NCBI GenBank assembly: GCA_964565985.1
Contig: CAZMHA010000002.1
Location: forward strand, 1-41,223
Direction: 5' to 3'
Length of the DNA: 41,223 nt
Source: an uncultured Piscirickettsiaceae bacterium
GTDB taxonomy: Bacteria; Pseudomonadota; Gammaproteobacteria; Thiomicrospirales; Thiomicrospiraceae
This document shows, one piece after another, positions 10,454 through 20,294 of this stretch. The notes under the pieces are model-generated. The model was not told where the DNA came from. It was given only the letters and a program-made list of their open reading frames with translations, and did not search any database. A program made the translations under genes and the position numbers. Every line of letters begins with the position of its first letter. Positions within the stretch are counted from its first letter, which is position 1.

Positions 10454-11130
10454 AAACCTATCTAATAACTGGTGCGGCACAGGGCCTGGGTAGAGAGCTA
10501 GCAATATCCCTAGCCAAGAAAAATAACAAACTAATTCTACTAGACAAGGACATAACAACGCTAAACCTATTTTATGATGACCTAATTAAAAACTTTAACT
10601 GCGATGTAACTCTTATTCCTATGGACTTACTGGGAGCAACCAACCAAGATTATGAGCAGGTAAAAGAAAACCTATTAAAAGAATACCAACAACTGGATGC
10701 AGTGTTTCTAAACTCCGCCTTTCTTCCTGCCTGTACACCTATTGAAAATTTAGAATTTGAAAAGTGGTACGAATTAATGCAGGTCAATCTAAATGCTAAC
10801 TTTCATATAATTCAAATGACCATTGATTTACTTAAAAACACCAACGACAGCAAACTAATTGCAGTTTTAGACAGTAATATAAAAGACAAGCCTGCCTACT
10901 ACGGATCCTATGGAGTAGCTAAAGCAGGACTTGAACAATTAATAAAAACCCTAGCAGAAGAAACACATCTAAACTGCTACCTAGCTCACCTGCCAGCATT
11001 TCAGTCAAATACTAGAAGCAAACAATTCCCTAGCGAAAATCCTAACTCTATACCAACAGCAGAAACCATAGCCCAACAAATTATTAAAGAATTAGATAAA
11101 AAGCAAGACAAACTAATAGAAAAACTATAA
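10450..11130 (+). CDS. YciK-like short-chain dehydrogenase/reductase
   Basis: TGAAQGLG cofactor motif, YGVAK catalytic motif; ATG 10450 overlaps the upstream TGA. Confidence 0.85.
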   Translation: MKTYLITGAAQGLGRELAISLAKKNNKLILLDKDITTLNLFYDDLIKNFNCDVTLIPMDLLGATNQDYEQVKENLLKEYQQLDAVFLNSAFLPACTPIENLEFEKWYELMQVNLNANFHIIQMTIDLLKNTNDSKLIAVLDSNIKDKPAYYGSYGVAKAGLEQLIKTLAEETHLNCYLAHLPAFQSNTRSKQFPSENPNSIPTAETIAQQIIKELDKKQDKLIEKL

Positions 11131-11166
11131 GCCCGCATTTTTTCGGGGGGGGGGGGGGTAAAAACC
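11131..11166. repeat. Intergenic G14-TAAAAA element (related to 36104-36140)
   Basis: gcccgcattttttc-G14-taaaaacc between convergent genes. Confidence 0.7.
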
Positions 11167-11191
11167 AAGATAATGGTTAGTTATTTAGTAT

Positions 11192-12022
11192 TTACTTAAG
11201 ATCTTTTAATTGTTGTTTTAATTTAGCTAGGTCTTTGGGATTGGCTTTTTCTAGTCCCGCTTCATTTAGTTGGTAGGATGCATCTGTTACTGATTTATCT
11301 ATGGCATCAATTAAGAAAAAGGTTTTCATGTCTTTTTCTATAGCTTGCCAGTCTCTTGTTTTTGCTCGCCATAGTTTATTTAGCTGCTTATCTTTGTTTA
11401 AGATGTTTTGTATTTCTGTTAATAATATTATTAAAGGTTTTATTGTTTCATAAGCCCAATATGGTCGACCTATCTGTGGATCATAATAGCTTTTTCTGTC
11501 TAAAATGGCTAAATCTAAAGCGGGGTTAATGGCTTCAATACCTGCGTCTTTTGCGGCTATTTTTACTGCTTCTATTTTACTAATCGACATAATAGGTACA
11601 TTTGATTTCCAGCGGGAATAAGTTATGTAAACATTGTATCTATCAATAAACATTAACTTACCAGTACTTAGCTTCATAGCTTTATTTGCTGGAACTATAA
11701 ATTCTAGCTGTGAGCTCATAGGGTTTCGGCTATCTTGCCAAACCTGCCAGCCTGATTTTGTGCTTTCTTGTCCTGCTTTATTTATTGCTATCGGGGTACA
11801 GGATAGTCCGTAGTCGTGTCCTTCTACAAAATCTCGTACGGATATTTGATAGTTACCTTTTGTAGTTATTTTCCTAACTATTCCAATCAGGTAGGCATCG
11901 CTCTTAATGTCGTTTGCGGGAAAGGAGACAAGTATAGTGTCGCCAACTTTAAAGGTTTTTGCGTGTGATAGATTGCTTATTATTAGAAGAGTAATAAGTA
12001 GTAGATGCTTGAAAAGTTTCAC
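11192..12022 (-). CDS. Hypothetical secreted protein, 276 aa
   Basis: Long ORF, Sec signal peptide MKLFKHLLLITLLIISNLSHA, GTG start overlapping the tsaB stop. Confidence 0.85.
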   Translation of the reverse strand: MKLFKHLLLITLLIISNLSHAKTFKVGDTILVSFPANDIKSDAYLIGIVRKITTKGNYQISVRDFVEGHDYGLSCTPIAINKAGQESTKSGWQVWQDSRNPMSSQLEFIVPANKAMKLSTGKLMFIDRYNVYITYSRWKSNVPIMSISKIEAVKIAAKDAGIEAINPALDLAILDRKSYYDPQIGRPYWAYETIKPLIILLTEIQNILNKDKQLNKLWRAKTRDWQAIEKDMKTFFLIDAIDKSVTDASYQLNEAGLEKANPKDLAKLKQQLKDLK

Positions 12023-12708
12023 TGGCTACCATCCTTTTTTACAGCAATATTATTTCGTAGATAAAGTGGTTGTGGTATTTCTTCAGTTAAAACTTTAGCC
12101 TGCTCTATTCTTTGTGACGCTATTTGGGCTATATATTTTGCATTTGGGTAGGCATTTTGCCAACAATCAAACTCTTGGCATACTTTTATAAACTCTTCTG
12201 CTATGTCCCCTATACCTGACTTTGTACCACTTTTTTTAATCAATTCTATGGCTATTTCTGCTGATATAATTTGTGGTGAACTTGATTTAAGCTTGTTATT
12301 AATAACTTGGCATTCTTGAAGATATAGTTCTTTCATTCTTGCATCAAGGCAAGCTATTGTTTTATGCGTACCATTTTCTTTATAATCTTGCCACGCTAAG
12401 GCTTCAAGGCTTGTAATAGATATAACGGGTTTTCCCCATCCATAGGCAAGACCCTGAATAACTCCGGTGGCTATTCTTACTCCAGTGAATGCTCCAGGAC
12501 CTTTACATAGGGCAAGTATATCTACTTGTTCACCTCTTATTTTAGCGTCATCTAATACTTTTTCTACCATTTCTAACATAAAGTTAGCATGTTGTTGCGG
12601 AGCTATTGCAAACTCTGTATAGTTTTTATCCTTGTATAACAAGCTAACGGAGCAGGCTTTAGTTGAGGACTCTACTGCCAAAATCGTTTTTGTTTTGCTA
12701 TTAGCCAT
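12019..12708 (-). CDS. tsaB: tRNA t6A biosynthesis protein TsaB
   Basis: ILAVESST, GPGAFTGVRI, LDARMKELY, P.YLRN. Confidence 0.95.
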   Translation of the reverse strand: MANSKTKTILAVESSTKACSVSLLYKDKNYTEFAIAPQQHANFMLEMVEKVLDDAKIRGEQVDILALCKGPGAFTGVRIATGVIQGLAYGWGKPVISITSLEALAWQDYKENGTHKTIACLDARMKELYLQECQVINNKLKSSSPQIISAEIAIELIKKSGTKSGIGDIAEEFIKVCQEFDCWQNAYPNAKYIAQIASQRIEQAKVLTEEIPQPLYLRNNIAVKKDGSQ

Positions 12709-14641
12709 CTTTTTCCTCTAAAAACTTAATTACTTCTTTTGCTTCAAATAACCATTTAAACAGTGGTAAGCTATTAATTATAATATTTCCATAGCCTTTA
12801 GTGCGTAAACGGGGGTCACACATAACTAGAACACCTGTATCCTTGGTTGAACGAATTAATCGTCCAGCACCTTGTTTTAAGGCAATAGTTGCTTCTGGTA
12901 TTTGAAAGTTAAAAAAACCATTCAGGCCTTTTTCTTTTAATGCCGACTCTCGTGCTTGTACAATTGGATCGTCTGGCGGTACAAAAGGGATTCTATCTAT
13001 CATTACCAATTTAAGTGCATCTCCACGAATATCAACACCTTCCCAAAAACTACTCGTTCCTAATAAAATTGGGGCAGATGCTTCTTTAAAATTTTTAATT
13101 AATTCATTTTTTGGAGCATCACCTTGAGCAAACAAATCTCCTTGCCAGTGTTGTTCTAAAATCATTTTAGCTTCTGCAAGTGCTTTGTAGCTAGTAAACA
13201 GTAAGAATGCATGCCCATTGGTTGTTTTTAATAAAGGCCAAATTGCTCTCATACATATTTTAATATAGTTTTCATTTCTAGGTTCAGGCAAGCCTACTGG
13301 GTGATAAATTACCGCTTGCTTTTCAAAATCAAAAGGGCTTTCCCAACTAATTGTTTTGGCGCTAGATATACCTAAACGAGAGGTAAAATAATCAAAATTA
13401 TTATCTACGCTTAGAGTTGCAGAGGTAAAAATCCAACTACCACCTAAACTTTCTCTTTGATTTAAAAATTGATCCGCAATACTTAGTGGTGTTAGATTTA
13501 ATTTAAATCTCGCCTGTGAAGATTCTAGCCAACGGATTTTATTTTTAGATGTTGTGGTTAGCCAAATATTAAGTTGCCCTTCCATATCTTGACACCGTTT
13601 ATGTACCGCAGACAAAGATTTTCCTCTTTCTGTGATAGATTTAAGCATATCTACTAATACTGTTAGCTGGTCTTTAATCCGTTTTAATAGTTTAATTAAG
13701 GATAAATTAGCGGAAAACTCCTTCCAAAGCCACCTTTTATCCCATTTGCCTAAAGCTGTACTAAACTTTTTAATATCTGTTTCTAGTAGACTAACCTGTT
13801 CTGAAATTTCTATGGACTCTTTAGATTCGTTTTTTTGTGCATTACGAATATCACGGCCTAAATCATCTAACGATGAGCGACTAATACTAAATCCTAAAAA
13901 TTGTGAGGCAATATCTGGTAACTGGTGAGCTTCATCAAATATATATATATCAGCTTCAGGCAAAACCTCTCCAAACCCCTGCTCGCGCATAGCTAAGTCC
14001 GCACTAAACAAATGATGATTTACTACCAGTATTTGGGCATCATTTGCTTCTTCTTTTACTTTTGAATAAAAGCATCCTGTATCTATATTGCAGCCATTAG
14101 GCGTACAAAACTCTTGCCTTGAGCCAACTTTTGACCAGATAAAATCATTTTCATCAATACTGGCAAGTTCTGACTTGTCACCATATACGGTCTTTTTACT
14201 CCAGTCACTAATTAATGCTAGTTTTTTCAAAACTGCTTTTGTATTTTGTTCTGCCGTTTCAGCGATTTCTAAACGACTAGAGCAAAGATAATTCTCTCTA
14301 CCCTTTAAAGCTCGTGCGGTACCCTGTACTTTGCACTGCTTTAACAAAAAAGGAATATCTTTATTTAAGAGTTGTTCTTGCAAAGTTTTAGTGGCTGTTG
14401 AAATAATAACTTTTTTACCAGATAGCATAGATGGAGCAAGGTAGGCAAAAGTTTTACCGGTTCCAGTACCAGCTTCGGCAACCAAAATAGATTCATTTTT
14501 AATGGCAGAAGCAATTTCTAATGCCATATCAACCTGTGCATCTCTTTCTTCAAAGCCTTCTATTTTTGCTGATACTTTGCTATCTTTAGCAAATATACTT
14601 TTTACTTCCTCAGCTAGGTTATCTAAATCAGAGTTGGACAA
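12701..14641 (-). CDS. yoaA: DinG/YoaA-family Fe-S ATP-dependent DNA helicase
   Basis: EAGTGTGKT, KGRENYLC, DEAH, SFWEGVD, QGAGRLIR; yoaA-tsaB synteny; TTG start. Confidence 0.93.
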   Translation of the reverse strand: MSNSDLDNLAEEVKSIFAKDSKVSAKIEGFEERDAQVDMALEIASAIKNESILVAEAGTGTGKTFAYLAPSMLSGKKVIISTATKTLQEQLLNKDIPFLLKQCKVQGTARALKGRENYLCSSRLEIAETAEQNTKAVLKKLALISDWSKKTVYGDKSELASIDENDFIWSKVGSRQEFCTPNGCNIDTGCFYSKVKEEANDAQILVVNHHLFSADLAMREQGFGEVLPEADIYIFDEAHQLPDIASQFLGFSISRSSLDDLGRDIRNAQKNESKESIEISEQVSLLETDIKKFSTALGKWDKRWLWKEFSANLSLIKLLKRIKDQLTVLVDMLKSITERGKSLSAVHKRCQDMEGQLNIWLTTTSKNKIRWLESSQARFKLNLTPLSIADQFLNQRESLGGSWIFTSATLSVDNNFDYFTSRLGISSAKTISWESPFDFEKQAVIYHPVGLPEPRNENYIKICMRAIWPLLKTTNGHAFLLFTSYKALAEAKMILEQHWQGDLFAQGDAPKNELIKNFKEASAPILLGTSSFWEGVDIRGDALKLVMIDRIPFVPPDDPIVQARESALKEKGLNGFFNFQIPEATIALKQGAGRLIRSTKDTGVLVMCDPRLRTKGYGNIIINSLPLFKWLFEAKEVIKFLEEKDG

Positions 14642-14746
14642 ACTTTTTTACCTTCACAAAATGAAACATATTGTACCTTCCTAAAACAAATTTTATTCAA
14701 AATTAGAGGGGGGGGAGGTAAATTGCGTATTTAGAGCGAGCTTTAC

Positions 14747-14775
14747 TAGACTTCAAATAGCTTATAAGATATAAT
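14747..14775 (+). promoter_or_regulatory. Sigma70 promoter upstream of the L36 leader
   Basis: TAGACT (14747-14752), 17-bp spacer, TATAAT (14770-14775). Confidence 0.7.
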
Positions 14776-14794
14776 ACGCTACTTCAAATTTGAG

Positions 14795-14971
14795 TAGCTA
14801 GAGAAGAAGACACAGAACAACCACTAATTATTTTTTACTGGCTAAAATGTACGACAACTTCCATAAAATACGCCACAATAGCTAGCTATTACGGTACATT
14901 TAACGAAACTTGGCACATATTTCTTCAGTAAAACCCTAATCGCGGTCATTCAGTGTATCCATAACTAGCTG
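14795..14971 (+). ncRNA. Candidate structured RNA / long 5' leader (rod-like fold)
   Basis: Nested complementary blocks AGCTAG/CTAGCT, ACAC/GTGT, GAA/TTC, ACC/GGT, ATTA/TAAT, TTTTACTG/CAGTAAAA, AAATGTAC/GTACATTT. Confidence 0.5.
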
Positions 14972-15001
14972 TATTGTTAATATTAACGGAAAAGAAAAAT
15001 C

Positions 15002-15127
15002 ATGAAAATTTTATCTTCTTTAAAATCTGCTAAAAACCGTCATAAAGATTGTCAAATTGTGCGTCGTCGTGGCAAGGTATATGTAATAAGTAAAACTAAC
15101 CCAAGATTTAAAGCTCGTCAGCGTTAG
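15002..15127 (+). CDS. ykgO: 50S ribosomal protein L36, type B (zinc-independent, YkgO-like); below the ORF-track cutoff
   Basis: [41 protein letters not shown] (41 aa); lacks the CxxC/CxxxxH zinc ribbon. Confidence 0.95.
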   Translation: MKILSSLKSAKNRHKDCQIVRRRGKVYVISKTNPRFKARQR

Positions 15128-15158
15128 TCTTTAGTTTAAAAAGCTTAATTAGCTAGAT

Positions 15159-15188
15159 AAAAAAGCACCTGATCAGTGCTTTTTTTTT
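15159..15188. terminator. Bidirectional intrinsic terminator
   Basis: AAAAAAGCAC-ctgatca-GTGCTTTTTTTTT between convergent L36 and DUF423 genes. Confidence 0.85.
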
Positions 15189-15257
15189 GCTTAAAATTCA
15201 GGACATCGCCATTTTAAGGAAAACCTGAAAAACCGCCCATTATTTTTTACTGGCTAG

Positions 15258-15656
15258 CTAATATTCTCTAACCACTCCCCAAAACATAACTGCCCAACCA
15301 ACTAAAAAAAACAATCCCCCTATTGGCGTAAGGAATACTAGCGGAGCATAAAGCGTAAGTGACCAAATAAATAAACTACCACTAAATAAAATTATTCCCA
15401 GTAAAAAGCTTTGTCCTGCTTTTTGCCAAATTTTTGCTTGCTTTGGCAAAATTTTCATTAATACCGCTGCCACAATTAAACCAAAAGCATGTATAACCAT
15501 GTAGTTTGTTGCAGTATTCCAATTAGCCATTTGTTTATCTGAAAAACTTTTTTCTAAACCATGAGCTCCAAAAGCACCTAAAACAACTGCCAAAAACAAG
15601 ATTGAACTTGCTGCAAGCAAACAACGAAGTAACATTCTTTTATACTCTTTCATCAT
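15258..15656 (-). CDS. DUF423/YgdD-family small membrane protein
   Basis: [20 protein letters not shown] signatures. Confidence 0.9.
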   Translation of the reverse strand: MMKEYKRMLLRCLLAASSILFLAVVLGAFGAHGLEKSFSDKQMANWNTATNYMVIHAFGLIVAAVLMKILPKQAKIWQKAGQSFLLGIILFSGSLFIWSLTLYAPLVFLTPIGGLFFLVGWAVMFWGVVREY

Positions 15657-16245
15657 TTTTTACCCCCCCCTCTAAAAGCCTTTTAACAGGACCAAAACTT
15701 TTTCTATAACCTGTAATTAATCCCAATTCAGCAATCTTTTCAAAATGTAATTTAGTAGGGTATCCCTTGTGCTTGGCAAAACCATATTCTGGGTATTTTT
15801 TGTCCAGCTCTCTCATTTCATTGTCTCGTGTAACCTTAGCTAAAATTGAAGCTGCACTAATTGCTAAAATTTTACCATCACCTTTTACAACAGCTTCGCA
15901 TGAATAATTAATGTCAGGGCATTTGTTACCATCGACTAACACGAGGTTAAATGGTACTGTTAGCCCTTCTACCGCTCTTTTCATTGCTAGCATTGTGGCA
16001 TTAAGTATATTTAAATCATCTATTTCTTCTGGAGTTGCTCTAGATATACTGTAATCAACCGCTTGTTCAATAATCAAATCATAAAAGTAAGCTAGTTTTT
16101 TCTCCGATAATTTTTTGGAGTCCATTAAAGCTAAATCACAATCTTGAGCTAACACGACAGCGGCAGTAACAACATCACCAACCAAAGGGCCTCTACCAAC
16201 TTCATCAACCCCAGCAATAATGCCTGAATAGTTTATTTCATCCAC
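15640..16245 (-). CDS. rnhB: Ribonuclease HII
   Basis: [36 protein letters not shown]. Confidence 0.97.
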   Translation of the reverse strand: MDEINYSGIIAGVDEVGRGPLVGDVVTAAVVLAQDCDLALMDSKKLSEKKLAYFYDLIIEQAVDYSISRATPEEIDDLNILNATMLAMKRAVEGLTVPFNLVLVDGNKCPDINYSCEAVVKGDGKILAISAASILAKVTRDNEMRELDKKYPEYGFAKHKGYPTKLHFEKIAELGLITGYRKSFGPVKRLLEGGVKNDERV

Positions 16246-17402
16246 TGGACTATTGCCCCTACTGCTAGTTTAGATGCATCTTGTTTAAGAGCTTTATGTT
16301 GTTGTTTAAAAGCATCTATCTGGGTTTTTCTCTTGTCAGGGTTTTCAATTATTTCTAGCATACTTATCGTTAGGTTTTCTAGGCTTGCTTGTTCTTGAAT
16401 CAGCTCTGTAACAATATCTTTTTGGGCAAGAATATTAGGTAAGCCTATCCATTTAGTGGTAGCTAGTTTTTTCATTAACCAGTAAGAAAACCAATGTACT
16501 TTTATTGCTAACACAAGCGGTTTACCATGTAGAGCAACTTCTAAAGTTGCTGTTCCTGATGTTACTAGTAGCTGATTTGATGCTTCAATAACTAAGTCCG
16601 CCTGTTTTAGAAAAGTTTTAAAGTCTTTGTTATTGTTGGTTAATTCTTGAATCGATTGTTCAATCCTGTTTTTAATTTTAGTATTTATACATGGAATTAA
16701 AAAAATCATTTCTGGATGTTTTCTTTTTATTGCTATTGCCGTTTGTATATATAAATCAATCATTTGATTAACTTCTGACCATCTAGAGCCAGGCATTAAT
16801 CCAGTGATAGGACTATCTTCAGCAAGGCTTAGTTTTTTTCTAGCATCTTTAGTAAAGTCTTTTTCACTAATTTGATTAGCTAAGGGGTGACCAACAAACT
16901 TAACTGGTATATCGTACTTATGATAGTAAGCCTCTTCAAATGGAAACAACACTAACATGCCATCAATTTGATGTTTTATTTTAGCAAGCCTATTCTCTCG
17001 CCAAGCCCATACAGATGGTCCTACATAGTGGATAGCGGTAATATTATTTTCTTTAAGTCTTTGCTCTACCTTAAAGTTAAAATCAGGTGCATCAATACCA
17101 ATAAATACATCAGGCTTTATATCTATTAGCTGTTTAATTAAGTTTTTTCTAAGTTTTAATAATTCAGGTAAATGCTTTAGTACTTCAAAAATGCCCATTA
17201 CTGATAGCTTTTCCATTTGGAACCAAGTTTTAAAGCCTTCTGCGAGCATTTTTTCACCACCAATACCTACAAAAGAGGCTTGTGGATAGTGTTTTTTTAA
17301 GGATTTTATCAGGTCTGCACCAAGTAGATCGCCAGAAGATTCTCCAGCGACCATGGCGATGGTTATATCTTGAGATGTTGTTGAACTAACGGATAATTCC
17401 AC
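16233..17402 (-). CDS. lpxB: Lipid-A-disaccharide synthase
   Basis: AGESSGD, IDAPDFN, PSVWAWR, PGSR, SGTATLE; exact start uncertain. Confidence 0.96.
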   Translation of the reverse strand: MELSVSSTTSQDITIAMVAGESSGDLLGADLIKSLKKHYPQASFVGIGGEKMLAEGFKTWFQMEKLSVMGIFEVLKHLPELLKLRKNLIKQLIDIKPDVFIGIDAPDFNFKVEQRLKENNITAIHYVGPSVWAWRENRLAKIKHQIDGMLVLFPFEEAYYHKYDIPVKFVGHPLANQISEKDFTKDARKKLSLAEDSPITGLMPGSRWSEVNQMIDLYIQTAIAIKRKHPEMIFLIPCINTKIKNRIEQSIQELTNNNKDFKTFLKQADLVIEASNQLLVTSGTATLEVALHGKPLVLAIKVHWFSYWLMKKLATTKWIGLPNILAQKDIVTELIQEQASLENLTISMLEIIENPDKRKTQIDAFKQQHKALKQDASKLAVGAIVQWMK

Positions 17403-18156
17403 GAGATGAATTTTTTAAGAAGTAAATAAGACCATCTAAGGTGCTCAGTTCATCATTAATGCTTTCTATTTCATTAAGTGCTTCTTCTAAACGGTAACTT
17501 GTACGATACAGGGCACGATAAGCTTTTTTAACCAAACTAAGCTGGTCTTTGTTGAAACCTCTTCGCTTTAAGCCTTCTAGGTTAATTCCCCTAGGATGAG
17601 CTAAGTTACCAGAAACAGTAACAAAATTAGGAACATCTTGGCTAATTACACTTCCCATACCACAAAAGCTGTGCTCTCCTAACTGACAATATTGGTGAAC
17701 TAATGTATAACCACCAAGAATAGCCCAATCATTAACCGTAACATGACCAGCAAGAGCACAGGCATTTGCAAAAATACAATTATTACCAATAATACAATCA
17801 TGGGCAATATGTACACCTGCCATAATCCAGTTACCATCACCTATAATGGTCTCCCCACGATCTTGCGAGGTTCCTCTATTGATAGTAACATTTTCACGAA
17901 ACATGTTGCCATCGCCAATTACTAAAGTAGTAGGTTCATCTACATACTTTTTATCTTGAGGAGCTGCACCAATAGAACCAAACTGATAAAAATAATTATT
18001 CTCACCAATAGTTGTTGGCCCAGAAATAACCACATGAGGTTCTACTTTAGTATTGTCTCCGATAGTTACATGCTCGCCAATAATACTATAGGCACCGATG
18101 GAAACATTGTTACCAATTTTAGCGTGTTTATGAATAATTGCAGTAGAATGAATCAT
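17386..18156 (-). CDS. lpxA: UDP-N-acetylglucosamine acyltransferase
   Basis: Hexapeptide repeats, PQDKKY, HIAHDC, LAGHV. Confidence 0.97.
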   Translation of the reverse strand: MIHSTAIIHKHAKIGNNVSIGAYSIIGEHVTIGDNTKVEPHVVISGPTTIGENNYFYQFGSIGAAPQDKKYVDEPTTLVIGDGNMFRENVTINRGTSQDRGETIIGDGNWIMAGVHIAHDCIIGNNCIFANACALAGHVTVNDWAILGGYTLVHQYCQLGEHSFCGMGSVISQDVPNFVTVSGNLAHPRGINLEGLKRRGFNKDQLSLVKKAYRALYRTSYRLEEALNEIESINDELSTLDGLIYFLKNSSRGIIR

Positions 18157-18167
18157 ATACTAGTCTT

Positions 18168-18608
18168 TTATACAGGTCTTTGTGCACATTTCATGTCACA
18201 GGAAGCAACAATTTTTCCATCTACTTTTGTAACACAAGAAAACTTCCAAATACCTCTCTTGTTGCCCAAAGTAGTAACTTCAAAATCTAATCTATCACCA
18301 GGTACAGCAGGAATTCTAAACTTACAGTTATCTACCGAAGCTAGATAATACATGGTTGAGCCATCTAGCTCTTGACCTTGAGATTTAAATGCCAAAATAC
18401 CTGTGCATTGTGCCATGGCTTCAATAATAAGCACCCCAGGCATAATAGGATTATCAGGAAAATGCCCTGTAAACTGAGGTTCATTAAAGGTAATGTTCTT
18501 AAATGCTTTTAATGATACTCCTAGTTCAATATCTGTAACTCTATCAACTAGTAAAAAAGGGTATCTGTGCGGGAGGTATTTAAATATCTCTTTAATGTCC
18601 ATTTCCAT
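18168..18608 (-). CDS. fabZ: 3-hydroxyacyl-ACP dehydratase
   Basis: [29 protein letters not shown]. Confidence 0.98.
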   Translation of the reverse strand: MEMDIKEIFKYLPHRYPFLLVDRVTDIELGVSLKAFKNITFNEPQFTGHFPDNPIMPGVLIIEAMAQCTGILAFKSQGQELDGSTMYYLASVDNCKFRIPAVPGDRLDFEVTTLGNKRGIWKFSCVTKVDGKIVASCDMKCAQRPV

Positions 18609-18609
18609 A

Positions 18610-19635
18610 TTACTTTAACTCTCGTATTTGTTTTTCTAATTCTTTTATTTTCTTTGCGGTTTTATCTAAGGTACGAATTCTAACCGTGTTTTTTTGCCAT
18701 GTTGCCGAATCAAGAGCAGGGAATCCTGAGTAAGAACCCGGCTGCTTTAAGCTATGGGTCACTCCAGATTTTGCTCCAAACTGGCAATTATCTGCAGTCT
18801 CAATATGACCAGTTACACCAACCTGTCCTGCAAAAATATTGTATTTACCTATTTTGGTACTACCAGCAAAACCTACCTGACCAGCAATCGCACTTCCGTA
18901 TCCTATTTCGACATTATGAGCAATATGTACTAGGTTATCAATAATGCAATTGTCTGCAATTACGGTGTCGTTTAGTGTTCCCCTGTCTATTGCACAGTTA
19001 TTACCTATCCAAACATTATCGCCAACTATAACGCTACCAATTTGTGGTATTCTTAGCCACTGTCCATTATTATTTGCAAAGCCAAAACCTTGTCCACCAA
19101 TAACGGTACCTGCTTCAATAGAAGAGTTATTACCAATATGGCAATTTTTTTCTATAGTAACATTGCTTGATAGGTGAACATCATTACCTAATGTACAACT
19201 TTCTTTTATTACTGTTCCTGCGCAAATAATACAGTTTTCACCCAGAATAACAGCTGATTCTATTACAACATTATCTCCTATCTGACAAGATTTTGGAATT
19301 GTTGCAGATAATGAAACTACTGCAGAGCTTGCTATGCCTGATTTAACAACAATAGGGTTAAGTGCTTGAGCAATAATTGCATAGGCAACATAAGGGTCTT
19401 CAACACAAACTTTAGTCGCTTTAGTTTCTTCTTGAAAATCATTATGCAAGACAACTATTCCAGCATTAGTTTTTTGTAATTCTTCTAGTCTTTTAGGGTC
19501 ATTAAAAAAACTAAGGTGTTTGCTTTTAGCATAGGATAATCCGGCAACCTGTTCTATGGACGCATTTGAATTACCTATGGTATTAGCTTGAATTTTATTT
19601 TCTTCAAGCAGCTTTATTATTTCTGAAACATTCAT
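18610..19635 (-). CDS. lpxD: UDP-3-O-acylglucosamine N-acyltransferase
   Basis: [22 protein letters not shown], hexapeptide repeats. Confidence 0.96.
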   Translation of the reverse strand: MNVSEIIKLLEENKIQANTIGNSNASIEQVAGLSYAKSKHLSFFNDPKRLEELQKTNAGIVVLHNDFQEETKATKVCVEDPYVAYAIIAQALNPIVVKSGIASSAVVSLSATIPKSCQIGDNVVIESAVILGENCIICAGTVIKESCTLGNDVHLSSNVTIEKNCHIGNNSSIEAGTVIGGQGFGFANNNGQWLRIPQIGSVIVGDNVWIGNNCAIDRGTLNDTVIADNCIIDNLVHIAHNVEIGYGSAIAGQVGFAGSTKIGKYNIFAGQVGVTGHIETADNCQFGAKSGVTHSLKQPGSYSGFPALDSATWQKNTVRIRTLDKTAKKIKELEKQIRELK

Positions 19636-19637
19636 AA

Positions 19638-20171
19638 TTATTTATTAAAGTCAGTGCGTTTTTTTTTGAACTGTTTGTTTAAAAAATTTAGTACTTTTTG
19701 TGTAACATCTACTTTGTTATTTGTGTATGCAATCCCTTCGTACAAAATCAAGTCAAACTTTTCTTTTTTACCAACAGATTTAATGCCTTTATTAACTATA
19801 CTCTGTAAACTTGCTAACTCTTCATTTCTACGAATATTTACTAGTTCTTGAATATCATTTTTCTTTCTTTGTATATCTCTGTTCATCATGCTTATTTCTC
19901 TTTCGGCAGCTAAACGCTTACTTTCAGACATGATTAACTTGTTTTTTTGAAGGTTCTTTTGTTTTTTAGTCATTTTCTTAGCAAGCTTTGTTAACTGCAT
20001 TTGCTGAGGACCAAATTCTTTTTCTAATGATGTACTAGCCGCTTTAGCTTGTGGAGCTTTTTCTAAAAGAAGACCTATATTGACCACACCTATTTTCACT
20101 TCTTTAGCAATGCTTAATGTTGAAAACATGACAAGTAAAAGAGCTGTTGATGATATAAAAATATGACGCAT
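19638..20171 (-). CDS. skp: Periplasmic chaperone Skp/OmpH
   Basis: Signal peptide, KIGVVN, coiled coil, DVT..V; start placed at MRHIF (20171). Confidence 0.93.
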   Translation of the reverse strand: MRHIFISSTALLLVMFSTLSIAKEVKIGVVNIGLLLEKAPQAKAASTSLEKEFGPQQMQLTKLAKKMTKKQKNLQKNKLIMSESKRLAAEREISMMNRDIQRKKNDIQELVNIRRNEELASLQSIVNKGIKSVGKKEKFDLILYEGIAYTNNKVDVTQKVLNFLNKQFKKKRTDFNK

Positions 20172-20294
20172 ATTTAATCCTTGATTAAAACTAAAATTAA
20201 AACCCAAGTTTAAGGGAACCTTAAAAATGGGTGTTTAAATTATTGTATCCTATTTATAGCAGTTTTTGCATGAAACTTAGGTGCAAATATATGG

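Larger units (their letters stand above)
14827..15256 (+). repeat. Exact 18-bp direct repeat ATTATTTTTTACTGGCTA at 14827-14844 and 15239-15256
   Basis: Read directly; the copies bracket the L36 gene. Confidence 0.85.

Noticed and set aside
11145-11158. Poly-G as a pure sequencing artefact
   Set aside because: Related tracts keep reading frames in aroA, pyrH, rnhB and GMC and share flanks; the exact intergenic lengths may still be wrong
14794-14931. 45-codon open frame (…EEDTEQPLIIF…) as a ykgM/L31B pseudogene
   Set aside because: No start codon, only a faint EDxxxPL resemblance, and wrong spacing to the HPFYTG motif
14971-14990. Zur box before L36
   Set aside because: Half-site spacing differs from TGTTATNNNATAACA; kept only as an unexplained palindrome
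20200-20245. Hairpin upstream of skp as an sRNA
   Set aside because: Short, AT-rich and compatible with an ordinary 5' UTR or processing stem
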